A stretch of 64,000 nt of DNA from an uncultured Pseudomonadota bacterium. GTDB taxonomy: Bacteria > Babelota > Babeliae > Babelales > Chromulinivoraceae. The translations under genes and the position numbers were made by a program. Under the pieces are notes generated by a model. The model saw only the letters and a program-made list of their open reading frames with translations, was not told the DNA's origin and searched no databases. Of this stretch, positions 38,378 to 47,652 are shown piece after piece. The DNA is taken from assembly GCA_964400275.1 (NCBI GenBank), contig CAYNSS010000001.1:558839-622838 (forward strand), read 5' to 3'. The stretch's first letter is position 1; the number at the start of each line of letters is the position of its first letter.

Positions 38378-40192
38378 ATGAAGCGCTTATTCTTAGTAAT
38401 TTTTTTTATAGGTATTTATTCTAATGTTTTTTCGGAGTCGAGTGTTGATCAGGTAAAAGGGATCGGAACTTCTATTTGGTCATCAATAAAATCGATTCCA
38501 GATGAATTTGTAAGTTTTTGGAAAGATATTAAGCGTATGGGTACTGCTCCTGGTGATTACATCTATCAGTATTTAATTTTTAATGATACTGATCAGCCAG
38601 TTTGGGTTGGAATACAAGCTATGCGATCTATGATGGGAGCTGTTTTTCCTCAAGCAAAGAGTTGGAATACGACTAAAATAGAAGCGTATAGTAAGTTTCC
38701 AACAGCTGCTACTATTGCTCTCCAGGATGTTGTTGTTACTAGCACTGAGAATGTATTTGGTTCTGGAAAAAAATCTGGTAAGCAAAAAAAAACTTACAAT
38801 CAGAGTTTTGGTATTGTTACTGATTGCGCAAAAGAACATTATTATTTTGAAATGTTTATTAAAAAAACAGATAAAGATTATTCAAATCATATGCCATATC
38901 AGCAACATCATGATGTTATATCTCAGATAGATAAGCTTGATTTATCTCCTGATGATAAAAATTCAAATTATTGTGATATATATAGAGTTTATATGGGGAA
39001 GGATCTTTCTGGCGGGAAATATGTACATTCTTTAAAAGCTGAAATGGTTGGTTCTATTTCTACTACGGCAACAACTCCGTATAAAAAAGCAATCACTATG
39101 GATTCTAAAGTAAATTCAATCAACATAAAAAATAGTACAATGCAAGATTATTATGTTGGATTTTATCCACAGGCAAGTTCCACAAGCACAACATCGCAAA
39201 CATCTACATCTATCTCAGCAGCGCAATGCGTTTTTTTAGGGCTTGTAGAAAAAAAGTCATTTGGATTATTATCTGCAACGGGCTCTATAAAATCTTTTCA
39301 ACCAGGACTAATCGCAATCTATTCATCTAAAACAAGTAAATCTCCAATAGTTACTCTTACAGTGCCTCAATATTCTTTTAATTCTTTACCTTATACTCTT
39401 GAGATTTATCAGGATGAAGGACAAAGTGAAATTAGTTGTCATTGGCAAGGAATTATGCCAGGTCATTATGATATGCCTACTGGAAGAATTAAAGATATTA
39501 CTCCTATTATAGGCGCTTTTTGGTATCAGTCTGTTGCTCAAGCAAATAAAGCTTCAAGCAAATCTGGTCAATCATTCGGATATGACTTACCAGGTTACAT
39601 ATGGATTGTTTCATACGAAGAAAATTCAAAAACAAGCAAAGTTCTTGGACAGGTATCGCCTGGTCAGTATGTACAATTTCAAATAGAGCGTGCAGTTATT
39701 GGTGATAAGAAAAAAATATATTTTTTATATAGTACTATAGCTGATAGTAGTAAAGTAAATCTATTTATCCAGAATTTAGGATCAGGAAAAATCGGATCAT
39801 CCCTTATGAACGCGTATGAAAGTAAATTAGATTCATTTATGAGTAATCCTTCTGGGCCGAAAGCAATTAGTAAGGATAAAAAAGATAAAATGTCAGGTAG
39901 CGCGATAACAACTATTATAAATGAGATTGCACTCAATACAATGCAGATGAATCGTGGTCAAATAATAGATAAAGATTCAGGAGTGACAGCCTTTGTGTTA
40001 GGAACAGATGTTTTCATGCCAGTTGGAATTGGGTCAGGAGCTTTATATTATGTTTTAACGCCATCACTTTTAAACACTGTGCCAACTAACTCTGTTCAAA
40101 ATTATATGGGCAGTGCTCCCCAGGGGTTGCCAACTACTTTGGTTACTAATACCTATGCGCCTACAACATATTCAATTGCTGCAAGTAAGTAA
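38378..40192 (+). CDS. hypothetical secreted protein (Ser/Thr-rich linker)
   Basis: 604-aa ORF. Signal peptide MKRLFLVIFFIGIYSNVFS. STSTTSQTSTS tract. No motif recognised. 3' end overlaps murG convergently by 32 nt. Confidence 0.6.
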   Translation: MKRLFLVIFFIGIYSNVFSESSVDQVKGIGTSIWSSIKSIPDEFVSFWKDIKRMGTAPGDYIYQYLIFNDTDQPVWVGIQAMRSMMGAVFPQAKSWNTTKIEAYSKFPTAATIALQDVVVTSTENVFGSGKKSGKQKKTYNQSFGIVTDCAKEHYYFEMFIKKTDKDYSNHMPYQQHHDVISQIDKLDLSPDDKNSNYCDIYRVYMGKDLSGGKYVHSLKAEMVGSISTTATTPYKKAITMDSKVNSINIKNSTMQDYYVGFYPQASSTSTTSQTSTSISAAQCVFLGLVEKKSFGLLSATGSIKSFQPGLIAIYSSKTSKSPIVTLTVPQYSFNSLPYTLEIYQDEGQSEISCHWQGIMPGHYDMPTGRIKDITPIIGAFWYQSVAQANKASSKSGQSFGYDLPGYIWIVSYEENSKTSKVLGQVSPGQYVQFQIERAVIGDKKKIYFLYSTIADSSKVNLFIQNLGSGKIGSSLMNAYESKLDSFMSNPSGPKAISKDKKDKMSGSAITTIINEIALNTMQMNRGQIIDKDSGVTAFVLGTDVFMPVGIGSGALYYVLTPSLLNTVPTNSVQNYMGSAPQGLPTTLVTNTYAPTTYSIAASK

Positions 40193-41201
40193 GTAATGTT
40201 TGAGAAGTAAAGTCATCTTGTTTTATGATATGGAAATTTTGTGGGAATTCTTTTTGTAATTCAAGAACATTTTTAATCTGATGATCAGTTTGTGCTGTTT
40301 TGTGAGGAATCGTGATACATTTTTTATTAAAGAATTTTATTTCAAACATTGTTCCAGCGCCGGCTCTGCAAATAATAATATCAGCTAAGTTATAAAAATC
40401 TTGTAATTGGTTTGAGTAAGAAAAAACATTACAAGGAATATTAAAACTTTTATAAAACTGTTGATAGTTATAAGGATCACTTGCACCAGTTTGATGAATT
40501 ACTTGAATTTTATTAGCAACATTAGGATTTTCTTGGATCATATCTTTGAATACACTGTTTAAAAGAATTGATCCTTGAGATCCACCTAAAATAAGAATGG
40601 TTAATTTGTTATCCATTAAATTATATTTTTGTAATAAATCATCTTTCTTGAAAACAAGATCATTTTGATCAAATCGTACAGGATAATCAAAATATATACA
40701 TTTTTTATTAGGAAAATATTCTGCTGTTTGCTGAAAGCAAATATATATAGTATCAGTAATTTTTGATAAAAAATTTGTTGCTTTTCCTGGTTCAACATTC
40801 AGCTCATAAATTTCAAAAGGGATTCCAATTGTTTTTGCAGCAAGAATAACAGGAATAGAGATAAAACCTCCAAAGCTAATTACTTTTTGAGGTTTGATCT
40901 GCTGTAGGTAATATAAAGATTTTAAATAATACCAACCTGTTTTGCATGCAAACCATGGTAAAAGCCAAGGCTTATGGTAAGGAGGGTTATCAAGTAAAGT
41001 AGGGATAATGTGTTTAATGTTTTTATTTTTATTCATAATTGTATTATCTAGGTCTGATCCAGATGAAAAAAGATACAATTGTGCTTGAGGATTTTGTTCT
41101 TGTATTTTATATGCCTTTGTAATGCAAGGAATGAGATGTCCTCCAGATTTTCCAGCGACAAAGCAGATAGTCATGAGGGAATTTAAGATGAATGGTGACA
41201 T
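40161..41201 (-). CDS. murG: UDP-GlcNAc:lipid I N-acetylglucosaminyltransferase MurG
   Basis: G-loop AGKSGGHLIPC. LGGSQGS. ICRAGAGTMFE. Confidence 0.85.
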   Translation of the reverse strand: MSPFILNSLMTICFVAGKSGGHLIPCITKAYKIQEQNPQAQLYLFSSGSDLDNTIMNKNKNIKHIIPTLLDNPPYHKPWLLPWFACKTGWYYLKSLYYLQQIKPQKVISFGGFISIPVILAAKTIGIPFEIYELNVEPGKATNFLSKITDTIYICFQQTAEYFPNKKCIYFDYPVRFDQNDLVFKKDDLLQKYNLMDNKLTILILGGSQGSILLNSVFKDMIQENPNVANKIQVIHQTGASDPYNYQQFYKSFNIPCNVFSYSNQLQDFYNLADIIICRAGAGTMFEIKFFNKKCITIPHKTAQTDHQIKNVLELQKEFPQNFHIIKQDDFTSQTLLTYLQQLNML

Positions 41202-41650
41202 TTTTGTAAAAACCTCGATAAAGCCTCTGATAATTCATTATCTTTAATACTTGTAAGAGCTTGTTGTTCTTCTTGTGTTAATGGTCTAAAGGGATATGGT
41301 AAAGGTACGGTATTTTTTATTTTTTGTATATGAGTAATTTTTTTTGAACTGTATTTAAATTGAATTGTTTTAATTCGTGGTTTATCAAGTGAATTATTAA
41401 TTTTTGTTTTTAATACATCTGATAACATATGTAGTTCTTGCATCCAGCATGAATCTGTTACTCCAAGAACAATAGAATCATTAGTGATTTTTTCTATAAA
41501 TATTTTGCAAGCAATAGAGCCCATAATATCTTGCCAATTCTGCATTATGGTAGTTTTCCAAGTTGTTTGGGGATTGGATGTTTTTATAATTTCAGAAACA
41601 ATATTTTTAATATGATTCATGGTATTTGTATAAAGAGATGTAGTTATCAA
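41183..41650 (-). CDS. DUF721/DciA-like protein
   Basis: The WQDIMGSIACKIFIEKITNDSIVLGVTDSCWMQELHMLSDVLKTKIN pattern matches the DUF721 core as I remember it (W..IVG..., L.V.V.ss.W..EL). Confidence 0.5.
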   Translation of the reverse strand: MITTSLYTNTMNHIKNIVSEIIKTSNPQTTWKTTIMQNWQDIMGSIACKIFIEKITNDSIVLGVTDSCWMQELHMLSDVLKTKINNSLDKPRIKTIQFKYSSKKITHIQKIKNTVPLPYPFRPLTQEEQQALTSIKDNELSEALSRFLQKCHHSS

Positions 41651-41727
41651 TAGATGTAAGTATATGAAAAAATAAAAAAAAGTTTATGCTTTTTTTATTA
41701 TTAAGGTGCTTTTTTAAAAGGATATCA

Positions 41728-44700
41728 ATGAAGAAACAAATATGGATATTGCTTAGTTTTCTTACGGTAGCATCAGTAATTTTTACCTGGAAGTATTGGG
41801 ACGTTTTTCCTATTGTAAATCTTTCAATTACTATGGATAAAAAAGAAGCTATACATCAAGCAAGGGCATTTGCTCATGCTAATCAATTTGATATTGCGGA
41901 CTATGAAGTAGTGACCCAATTTAAAGAAGAGAGTATGCTTCAAGCGTTTGTTGAGCTTGAGGGTGGTGGCAAGCAAGTATTTTTAGATATGATTAAAAAT
42001 GATTATTATCAGCCATATCAGTGGTCAGTAAGATTTTATAAGCATAAAAAAATATCAGAATATTTTGTGAATTTTACACCGAATGGAAAATTATATGAAT
42101 TTTCTATAAAAATACCTGAAAGTGAAAAAGGAGCAGCATTAAGCAAAGATAAAGCTCTTGAAGTTATTTTGAGTGGTCTAGAGCAATTTGCTGTTGATCT
42201 TTCCTTGTATGATTTAGTTGAACATAATACTGTAACGCAACCATCAGGAAGAATTGATCATAAATTTGTTTATGAGCGTACAGATATATCACTTGAAAAA
42301 GGTAGGTATCGTTTAGAACTAAAAGTGTACGGGGATATCTTTGCTGGCCTTGAGCGTAAGATTAAAATTCCTGATGAGTTTACTCGTCGTTATCAACAAA
42401 TGTTTGCTGATAATAAATTATTGGCAAATGTTGCACGTAATGTAGCTGTTTTGATATATGTTTTTATTTTTTTATTAATGTTGTCTTTGTTTTTCTTTCA
42501 AGATCCTCGTTTTTTACAACTAAAAAAACATGTTTATCTTGGCAGTGCTTTTTGGGTTATTATGTTTTTAACGATGATTAATAAAATGCCTTTTTTATGG
42601 AATTTTTATTCAACAGAATATTCACCATTGTTGTTTGCATGTAGTCAATTAGCAACAATGATAATATTTTCATTGTTGTTCTCAGCTTTTGTATATCTTT
42701 TGATGATACTTGTTGATGCTGCTGATCGTTATATATTTGGGTGGCATATTCAGTTTTTAAAATCTTGGTCTACTGATGCAGCTTCATCGGTACAACTTTT
42801 TGAAATGACAGTTTTGGGGTATATGGGAGCAGCTATATTTTTAGGATATGAAATTTTATATAATTTATGGACTCTTAAAATGGGTTGGTGGTCACCGCTA
42901 GGTAGATTAGTTGATCCAAATATTTTATCGAATTATATTCCATTTTTATCTCCAATTGGTTCTGCATTTCAAGCAGGATTTTGGGAAGAGTTTGCCTGTC
43001 GTGGACTACCGCTTGCAGGAATAGCTTTTTTAACGCGAAACTCTAAATATAAAAAAGGATGGTTTTTATTATTGTTTGTATTGCAGGCAGTTATTTTTGG
43101 AGCATTGCATGCAAATTATCCACAGCAGCCTTTTTATAATCGTTTAATAGAATTAATGATTCCAAGCTTTGTGTTTGCAGCTATCTATTATATTTTTGGT
43201 ATTTTGCCAGGAATTATTATGCATTTTGTATACGATGCATTTTTGATGTGTATTCCGATTTGGGTTTCTGGGTTATTCATGCAAAAAGTTTTAGCATTAT
43301 TGTGCATGGGTATTCCTTTATTTGTCGTTATTTTTGCATGGTATCGTAATAAAATGAAATTCAAGCAAGCAGCTTCTAGTTTATATAATAATGCGCAACA
43401 TTATCAGGATTCTTTAGCAGATGAAGTTGTTGTTAAAAGATCGGTTGGATGTAAATTAGAACGTAAATATGCTGTATTATTAATAGCCGTAGCATTAATT
43501 AGTGTTATTTGTTCATATTTATATTTGCCTCATAATTTTTCAAATTCTCGTTCGAAAATATCTCATCAGCAAGCCTTGAAAATAGCAAAGCATGCTATTG
43601 AACAATATGGTTTTACTTCAGATTCAGCATATATATTAAGTATTAATTTTATAAGTAACAATCAAACCCCAGAAAATAAATTTATTTGGCAGACATATGG
43701 CAAAACATCTTATGAAAATCTAGAGCAAGATTATATACCAGCTCACGGATGGCAAATTTTGTGGAAAAAATTTACAGGTAACGTTGAAGAACGTGCAGAA
43801 ATGTTTGGCGTTACGGTAAGTGTAGACGGAGATATTCTAAAGATTGCACACGCAATACCTGAATTTCGGCACGGAGCTGATCTAGATGCAAAAGATGCAC
43901 AAAAAATTGCTTTAGATTTAATTAAAAAAGTATATGGATTTGAAAAAGATATACTAGAACTTGTTTCTTGTGAAAGCAAAAAGCATGAACACAGAAGAGA
44001 TTATGTTGTTACTTATAAAGATTTGAGCCGCTATGAGTTTAAGCCTGATTTAGGTCAAGCAAGAATTATAGTAAGCTTAGCTGGGGATAAGCTTCAAGAG
44101 ATTAAACGGGTAATTTATGTACCTCAAGAATGGTCTCGTCAGGAGAATGGCAGGGTGATGCAAGATGCCATCTTAAATACGATATTGTATGCTATAGTAT
44201 TAATTTTTATAATTCTTGCTGCGTATTTCTCTATTCAAAGATTTAGGCTCACTGTTAAATTTTTAATACCAATATTTGCATTGACAGCCTTTTATGTTTT
44301 CCTTCGAAGCTTAAACCTTTTAAATGCTTTGGATCAAATTTTAATGATGCTTTCTACTGCTGAACCTTGGATTAATCAGATTGTTTCATTGGTTTCATCA
44401 TATTTTATATATTACTTAGCTATTGGATTTGTAACTATAACATTATTACGTTTACTTATACAAAATGGAGCACGAGCAATATGTAAAACTTATTTACCAT
44501 GGATTATAGGATTAATTTTTATAGGCGCAGCTGTACAATGTCTCAAGCTTTTATTTATGAGTATAAGTGTACAGATGATTCCATTAGATTATGAATCTGA
44601 GTATATAAATTATAAAATACCTGCTTTTGGAATGCTGATTGCTTACTTTTTATATAAAGTATTGTTGAGTTCATTAGAATTAATGAGCTTTTCTGTTATT

Positions 44701-45015
44701 GCTCAAAGATTAACAAGTTTCTATCAAATTTTATTTTTTATGGTTATTGGTATAGTAACAAGCGATTTAGCAATGTTATCGAATATACCAGTTTGGATAG
44801 CATCAGGTATTTGCATGGGGCTTATTCTATATTTATTACATAGATTAGTTATATCTCATGATTTAGAATCTATATTTTTAATAACATTTGGCGCTTCTTT
44901 TATGAAATTATTGCCTACAGTCTTATTTTTTGCTTATCCAGGGATATTGGTTCAAGTAGGAGTAAGCGGTTTTATTTTCTTTATCTTTATTATGTATCTA
45001 TACAGAAAACTTTAG
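41728..45015 (+). CDS. very large polytopic membrane protein with a CPBP (CAAX/Abi) intramembrane protease domain
   Basis: Start moved to ATG 41728 (MKKQIWILLSF). CPBP motifs FWEEFACRG (EExxxR), FGALHANY (FxxxH), HFVYDAF (HxxxD). Two extracytoplasmic regions with PepSY-like segments. Confidence 0.75.
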   Translation: MKKQIWILLSFLTVASVIFTWKYWDVFPIVNLSITMDKKEAIHQARAFAHANQFDIADYEVVTQFKEESMLQAFVELEGGGKQVFLDMIKNDYYQPYQWSVRFYKHKKISEYFVNFTPNGKLYEFSIKIPESEKGAALSKDKALEVILSGLEQFAVDLSLYDLVEHNTVTQPSGRIDHKFVYERTDISLEKGRYRLELKVYGDIFAGLERKIKIPDEFTRRYQQMFADNKLLANVARNVAVLIYVFIFLLMLSLFFFQDPRFLQLKKHVYLGSAFWVIMFLTMINKMPFLWNFYSTEYSPLLFACSQLATMIIFSLLFSAFVYLLMILVDAADRYIFGWHIQFLKSWSTDAASSVQLFEMTVLGYMGAAIFLGYEILYNLWTLKMGWWSPLGRLVDPNILSNYIPFLSPIGSAFQAGFWEEFACRGLPLAGIAFLTRNSKYKKGWFLLLFVLQAVIFGALHANYPQQPFYNRLIELMIPSFVFAAIYYIFGILPGIIMHFVYDAFLMCIPIWVSGLFMQKVLALLCMGIPLFVVIFAWYRNKMKFKQAASSLYNNAQHYQDSLADEVVVKRSVGCKLERKYAVLLIAVALISVICSYLYLPHNFSNSRSKISHQQALKIAKHAIEQYGFTSDSAYILSINFISNNQTPENKFIWQTYGKTSYENLEQDYIPAHGWQILWKKFTGNVEERAEMFGVTVSVDGDILKIAHAIPEFRHGADLDAKDAQKIALDLIKKVYGFEKDILELVSCESKKHEHRRDYVVTYKDLSRYEFKPDLGQARIIVSLAGDKLQEIKRVIYVPQEWSRQENGRVMQDAILNTILYAIVLIFIILAAYFSIQRFRLTVKFLIPIFALTAFYVFLRSLNLLNALDQILMMLSTAEPWINQIVSLVSSYFIYYLAIGFVTITLLRLLIQNGARAICKTYLPWIIGLIFIGAAVQCLKLLFMSISVQMIPLDYESEYINYKIPAFGMLIAYFLYKVLLSSLELMSFSVIAQRLTSFYQILFFMVIGIVTSDLAMLSNIPVWIASGICMGLILYLLHRLVISHDLESIFLITFGASFMKLLPTVLFFAYPGILVQVGVSGFIFFIFIMYLYRKL

Positions 45016-45107
45016 AGTAAGGTTTAACTTTATAAGATTTTTATTGATTTTTGTAGTCTTATTTTTGTATGCTTTGGGTAATATGAGTAGGGAAATGGAG
45101 GTTTCTT

Positions 45108-45761
45108 ATGGTTACTCAAGGCATATTTTGTTTATATCAATTAAGTGCTTATTTAAAGAAAGCATTTTTTTGGGGTCTTTTTTTAATGATCACTATTAAT
45201 TTACAAGCTGACTTGAATCATATTTGTGCTCATTCAAATGAGTCTGTAGTTAAATTCAGAAAGTCTTTGGTTGGGCTTAATAAAAAAGAGGCTATAAATA
45301 TTTGTTTATCTGAAAAAATAACTTTAAAGAATGTACCTCATTTTGAGTGGCCCGTTGATTTATGTGATTTTTGGATTAGTTCTTTATTTGGCCCACGAAC
45401 GTACAAAGGCGTGACCAAAATGCATCATGGTATTGATTTGGCATCACTTAAAGGAACAGCAGTTAAGGCTTCAGCGGATGGAAAAGTAATTATAGCAGAT
45501 AGAGATATTCCAGGATATGGAACGCTTGTTGAGATTCAGCATAAAAAAGGTTATACAACGCGCTATGGTCATATGGATGAGATTTTGGTGAAGGTTGGCG
45601 ATGAAATTAAGCAGGGTGATTTGGTAGGAACTGTGGGATCAAAGGGGAATGTTCGGGCCCAAAAAGATCCATCGCATCTGCATTTTGAGATACGACACTA
45701 CGGGACAAGTTTAAATCCTTTGAAGTATTTATATTGTTCAGAAGTGCTATTTGTAGAGTAA
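45108..45761 (+). CDS. M23-family (LytM) peptidoglycan endopeptidase
   Basis: HHGIDLA, GHMD and SHLHFEI zinc-ligand motifs. GGAGG RBS. Confidence 0.88.
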   Translation: MVTQGIFCLYQLSAYLKKAFFWGLFLMITINLQADLNHICAHSNESVVKFRKSLVGLNKKEAINICLSEKITLKNVPHFEWPVDLCDFWISSLFGPRTYKGVTKMHHGIDLASLKGTAVKASADGKVIIADRDIPGYGTLVEIQHKKGYTTRYGHMDEILVKVGDEIKQGDLVGTVGSKGNVRAQKDPSHLHFEIRHYGTSLNPLKYLYCSEVLFVE

Positions 45762-45853
45762 TCGATTTGCCTAATAAGTTTTTTAATTTATACTTAATCA
45801 AAATATAAAAATATTTAAATTCTTTCTTTGTTAAACTACATTATTAGGTATTT

Positions 45854-46159
45854 ATGAAAAAAATATTATTAGCAGCAGTTTTTTTGACAAGTGCTTATGT
45901 ACAATCATCGCAAATCGTTGTTGGCAAGAATAATCAATCAGAAGAAGAAGCTCAATCTTCAATCCCATTAGCGCAAATAGATCAGTCTTTTTTTAACAAG
46001 TTGGGCTCAGATATTGAACCAGGACAATGCATTGAAAGAATGTTAGATGAGCAACCTGCGTTGTATGAATCACGTGGTATGAGTAAAGATCAATTGAAAA
46101 ATTATTTGCTCGCATGGCTTCAGCTTCTTGAAGATCAAGGGTATCAAATTAAGTATTAA
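45854..46159 (+). CDS. hypothetical small secreted protein
   Basis: 101-aa ORF with signal peptide MKKILLAAVFLTSAYVQS. Confidence 0.5.
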   Translation: MKKILLAAVFLTSAYVQSSQIVVGKNNQSEEEAQSSIPLAQIDQSFFNKLGSDIEPGQCIERMLDEQPALYESRGMSKDQLKNYLLAWLQLLEDQGYQIKY

Positions 46160-46183
46160 AAAGTTTTTAAATTAAATGAAATT

Positions 46184-46369
46184 ATGAAAAAAGTCTGGAT
46201 TGAACCTGGTTGTATTACTTGCGGAAAATGTGAGTTTATAGCACCAGAAGTTTTTGAGGTTTTAGATATCGCCTATGTAAAGCGTGATGTAGACCCTGCG
46301 GGGTATGAAAAGGCAATCCAGGAGGCAGCAAAATCTTGTCCTGTAGAGGTGATTAAGTATTTAAAATAA
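46184..46369 (+). CDS. small single-cluster ferredoxin
   Basis: 61 aa. CITCGKCEFIAPEVF...SCPVEVI cysteine pattern. Confidence 0.8.
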   Translation: MKKVWIEPGCITCGKCEFIAPEVFEVLDIAYVKRDVDPAGYEKAIQEAAKSCPVEVIKYLK

Positions 46370-46461
46370 TGGAAAAACTCAGATTTTTTAAAATAAATTT
46401 GATTTTATTTATTGCTTCCGTTAGTCTTATTTATATAATATCATTATTATTTAGAAATTAA
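46369..46461 (+). CDS. candidate 30-aa hydrophobic micropeptide
   Basis: Below the ORF-track cutoff. TAATG overlap with the ferredoxin stop. MEKLRFFKINLILFIASVSLIYIISLLFRN, one TM helix, followed by a terminator-like hairpin. Confidence 0.3.
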   Translation: MEKLRFFKINLILFIASVSLIYIISLLFRN

Positions 46462-46476
46462 GCGTAACCTCCATTT

Positions 46477-46520
46477 CCCCTATCCGTGATATTTTATATC
46501 TGGGTGGGGGGTATTTTTTA
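46477..46520 (+). terminator. terminator-like hairpin after the ferredoxin unit
   Basis: cccctatcc / gggtggggg stem (9 bp including G-U pairs), 16-nt loop, then TATTTTTT. Confidence 0.45.
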
Positions 46521-46548
46521 GAATCGTATTTTAGGGTTATTTTTCCTT

Positions 46549-47577
46549 ATGAAGCGGATGTATCCAAAGCGTAATTACGGTAGATTTTTATGTTTAGATG
46601 GGCTTAATCATGATTGGTTTATGCCTTTAGTTAAGACATTTGTACATTCTGTCAAAGCTATTTTTTGGGATAAAGAACTAGCATTAGATTTAAAGCAAAT
46701 AATGGTTGAGCCAACATATCCAGAAAGATCTCAAGAAGCTAAAATTACTTGGATAGGTCATTCAACCTTTTTGATTCAAGTTGCAGGTAAAAATATTCTT
46801 ACAGACCCTATCTTTGGAACGCTTTCAACTATTTTTCGTCGTTTAGTTCCACCAGCTATAAAGATTAGTGAACTTCCTTCTATTGACTATATTCTTATTT
46901 CTCACAATCATTTTGATCATATGGACGCAAAGGCTTTGCTTATGCTTAAGGATCGATTTCCAGATGTGAAAGTACTTGTTCCTATGGGTGATAAGGATTG
47001 GTTTGATCGTCATTTGTTTGCAAATGCTTCAGAGCATATGTGGTGGGATGAAATTATTGACGAGCAATCACAGATTAAATTCACTTTTTTACCAGCGAAT
47101 CATTGGTCGCAGCGTACTTTGTTTGACAAAAATCGATCATTATGGGGTAGTTGGATGATTCAAGCTGATAATTTTAATTTATATTTTGCAGGGGATACAA
47201 GCTGGGGAAGTCATTTTAAGATGATAGGCAATTTTTTTGAAAATATAGATGTAGCTCTACTTCCAATTGCTCCCGGTGAACCACGCTCTTGGATGAAAGA
47301 AACTCATATTAATGCTCAAGAGGCAGTTAAGGCATGTATAGAATTAAATGCTCGAGTGTTGATTCCTATGCATTGGGGTACCTATCATTTAGGATTTGAT
47401 GAATATTTTGCACCGATTGAGCTTCTAAAAGAAAATTGGCAAAAAATGCAAAGTAAGGCAGTTGAAAAATTTGCCATGAAAAGATTAAAAATTTTAAAAT
47501 TTGGAGAGCTTGCTACAGATTTAACCCGACGTCTTCTTATCTCAGTTGCTCAAAAAACTGGCCAAATTTCGGTATAA
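46549..47577 (+). CDS. MBL-fold metallo-hydrolase (NAPE-PLD-like subgroup)
   Basis: ISHNHFDHMD (HxHxDH) plus downstream His/Asp ligands (ANHWS, GDT, PMHWGT). Confidence 0.8.
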   Translation: MKRMYPKRNYGRFLCLDGLNHDWFMPLVKTFVHSVKAIFWDKELALDLKQIMVEPTYPERSQEAKITWIGHSTFLIQVAGKNILTDPIFGTLSTIFRRLVPPAIKISELPSIDYILISHNHFDHMDAKALLMLKDRFPDVKVLVPMGDKDWFDRHLFANASEHMWWDEIIDEQSQIKFTFLPANHWSQRTLFDKNRSLWGSWMIQADNFNLYFAGDTSWGSHFKMIGNFFENIDVALLPIAPGEPRSWMKETHINAQEAVKACIELNARVLIPMHWGTYHLGFDEYFAPIELLKENWQKMQSKAVEKFAMKRLKILKFGELATDLTRRLLISVAQKTGQISV

Positions 47578-47652
47578 AATTTCTTTTAAAAAACTTATAT
47601 TTTTGTTATTTTATTCAAAATAATTTAATCATTATAAAAAAGAAGAGATAAC

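Noticed and set aside
45088-46482. 14-nt inverted repeat GGGAAATGGAGGTT (45090..45103) / AACCTCCATTTCCC (46466..46479) bracketing the M23, ORFan and ferredoxin genes, which could hint at an invertible or mobile segment
   Set aside because: A handful of 14-mer inverted matches are expected by chance in 64 kb. The left copy is simply the GGAGG ribosome-binding region of the M23 gene, and the right copy overlaps a terminator stem. No recombinase, target-site duplication or longer terminal repeats are present.
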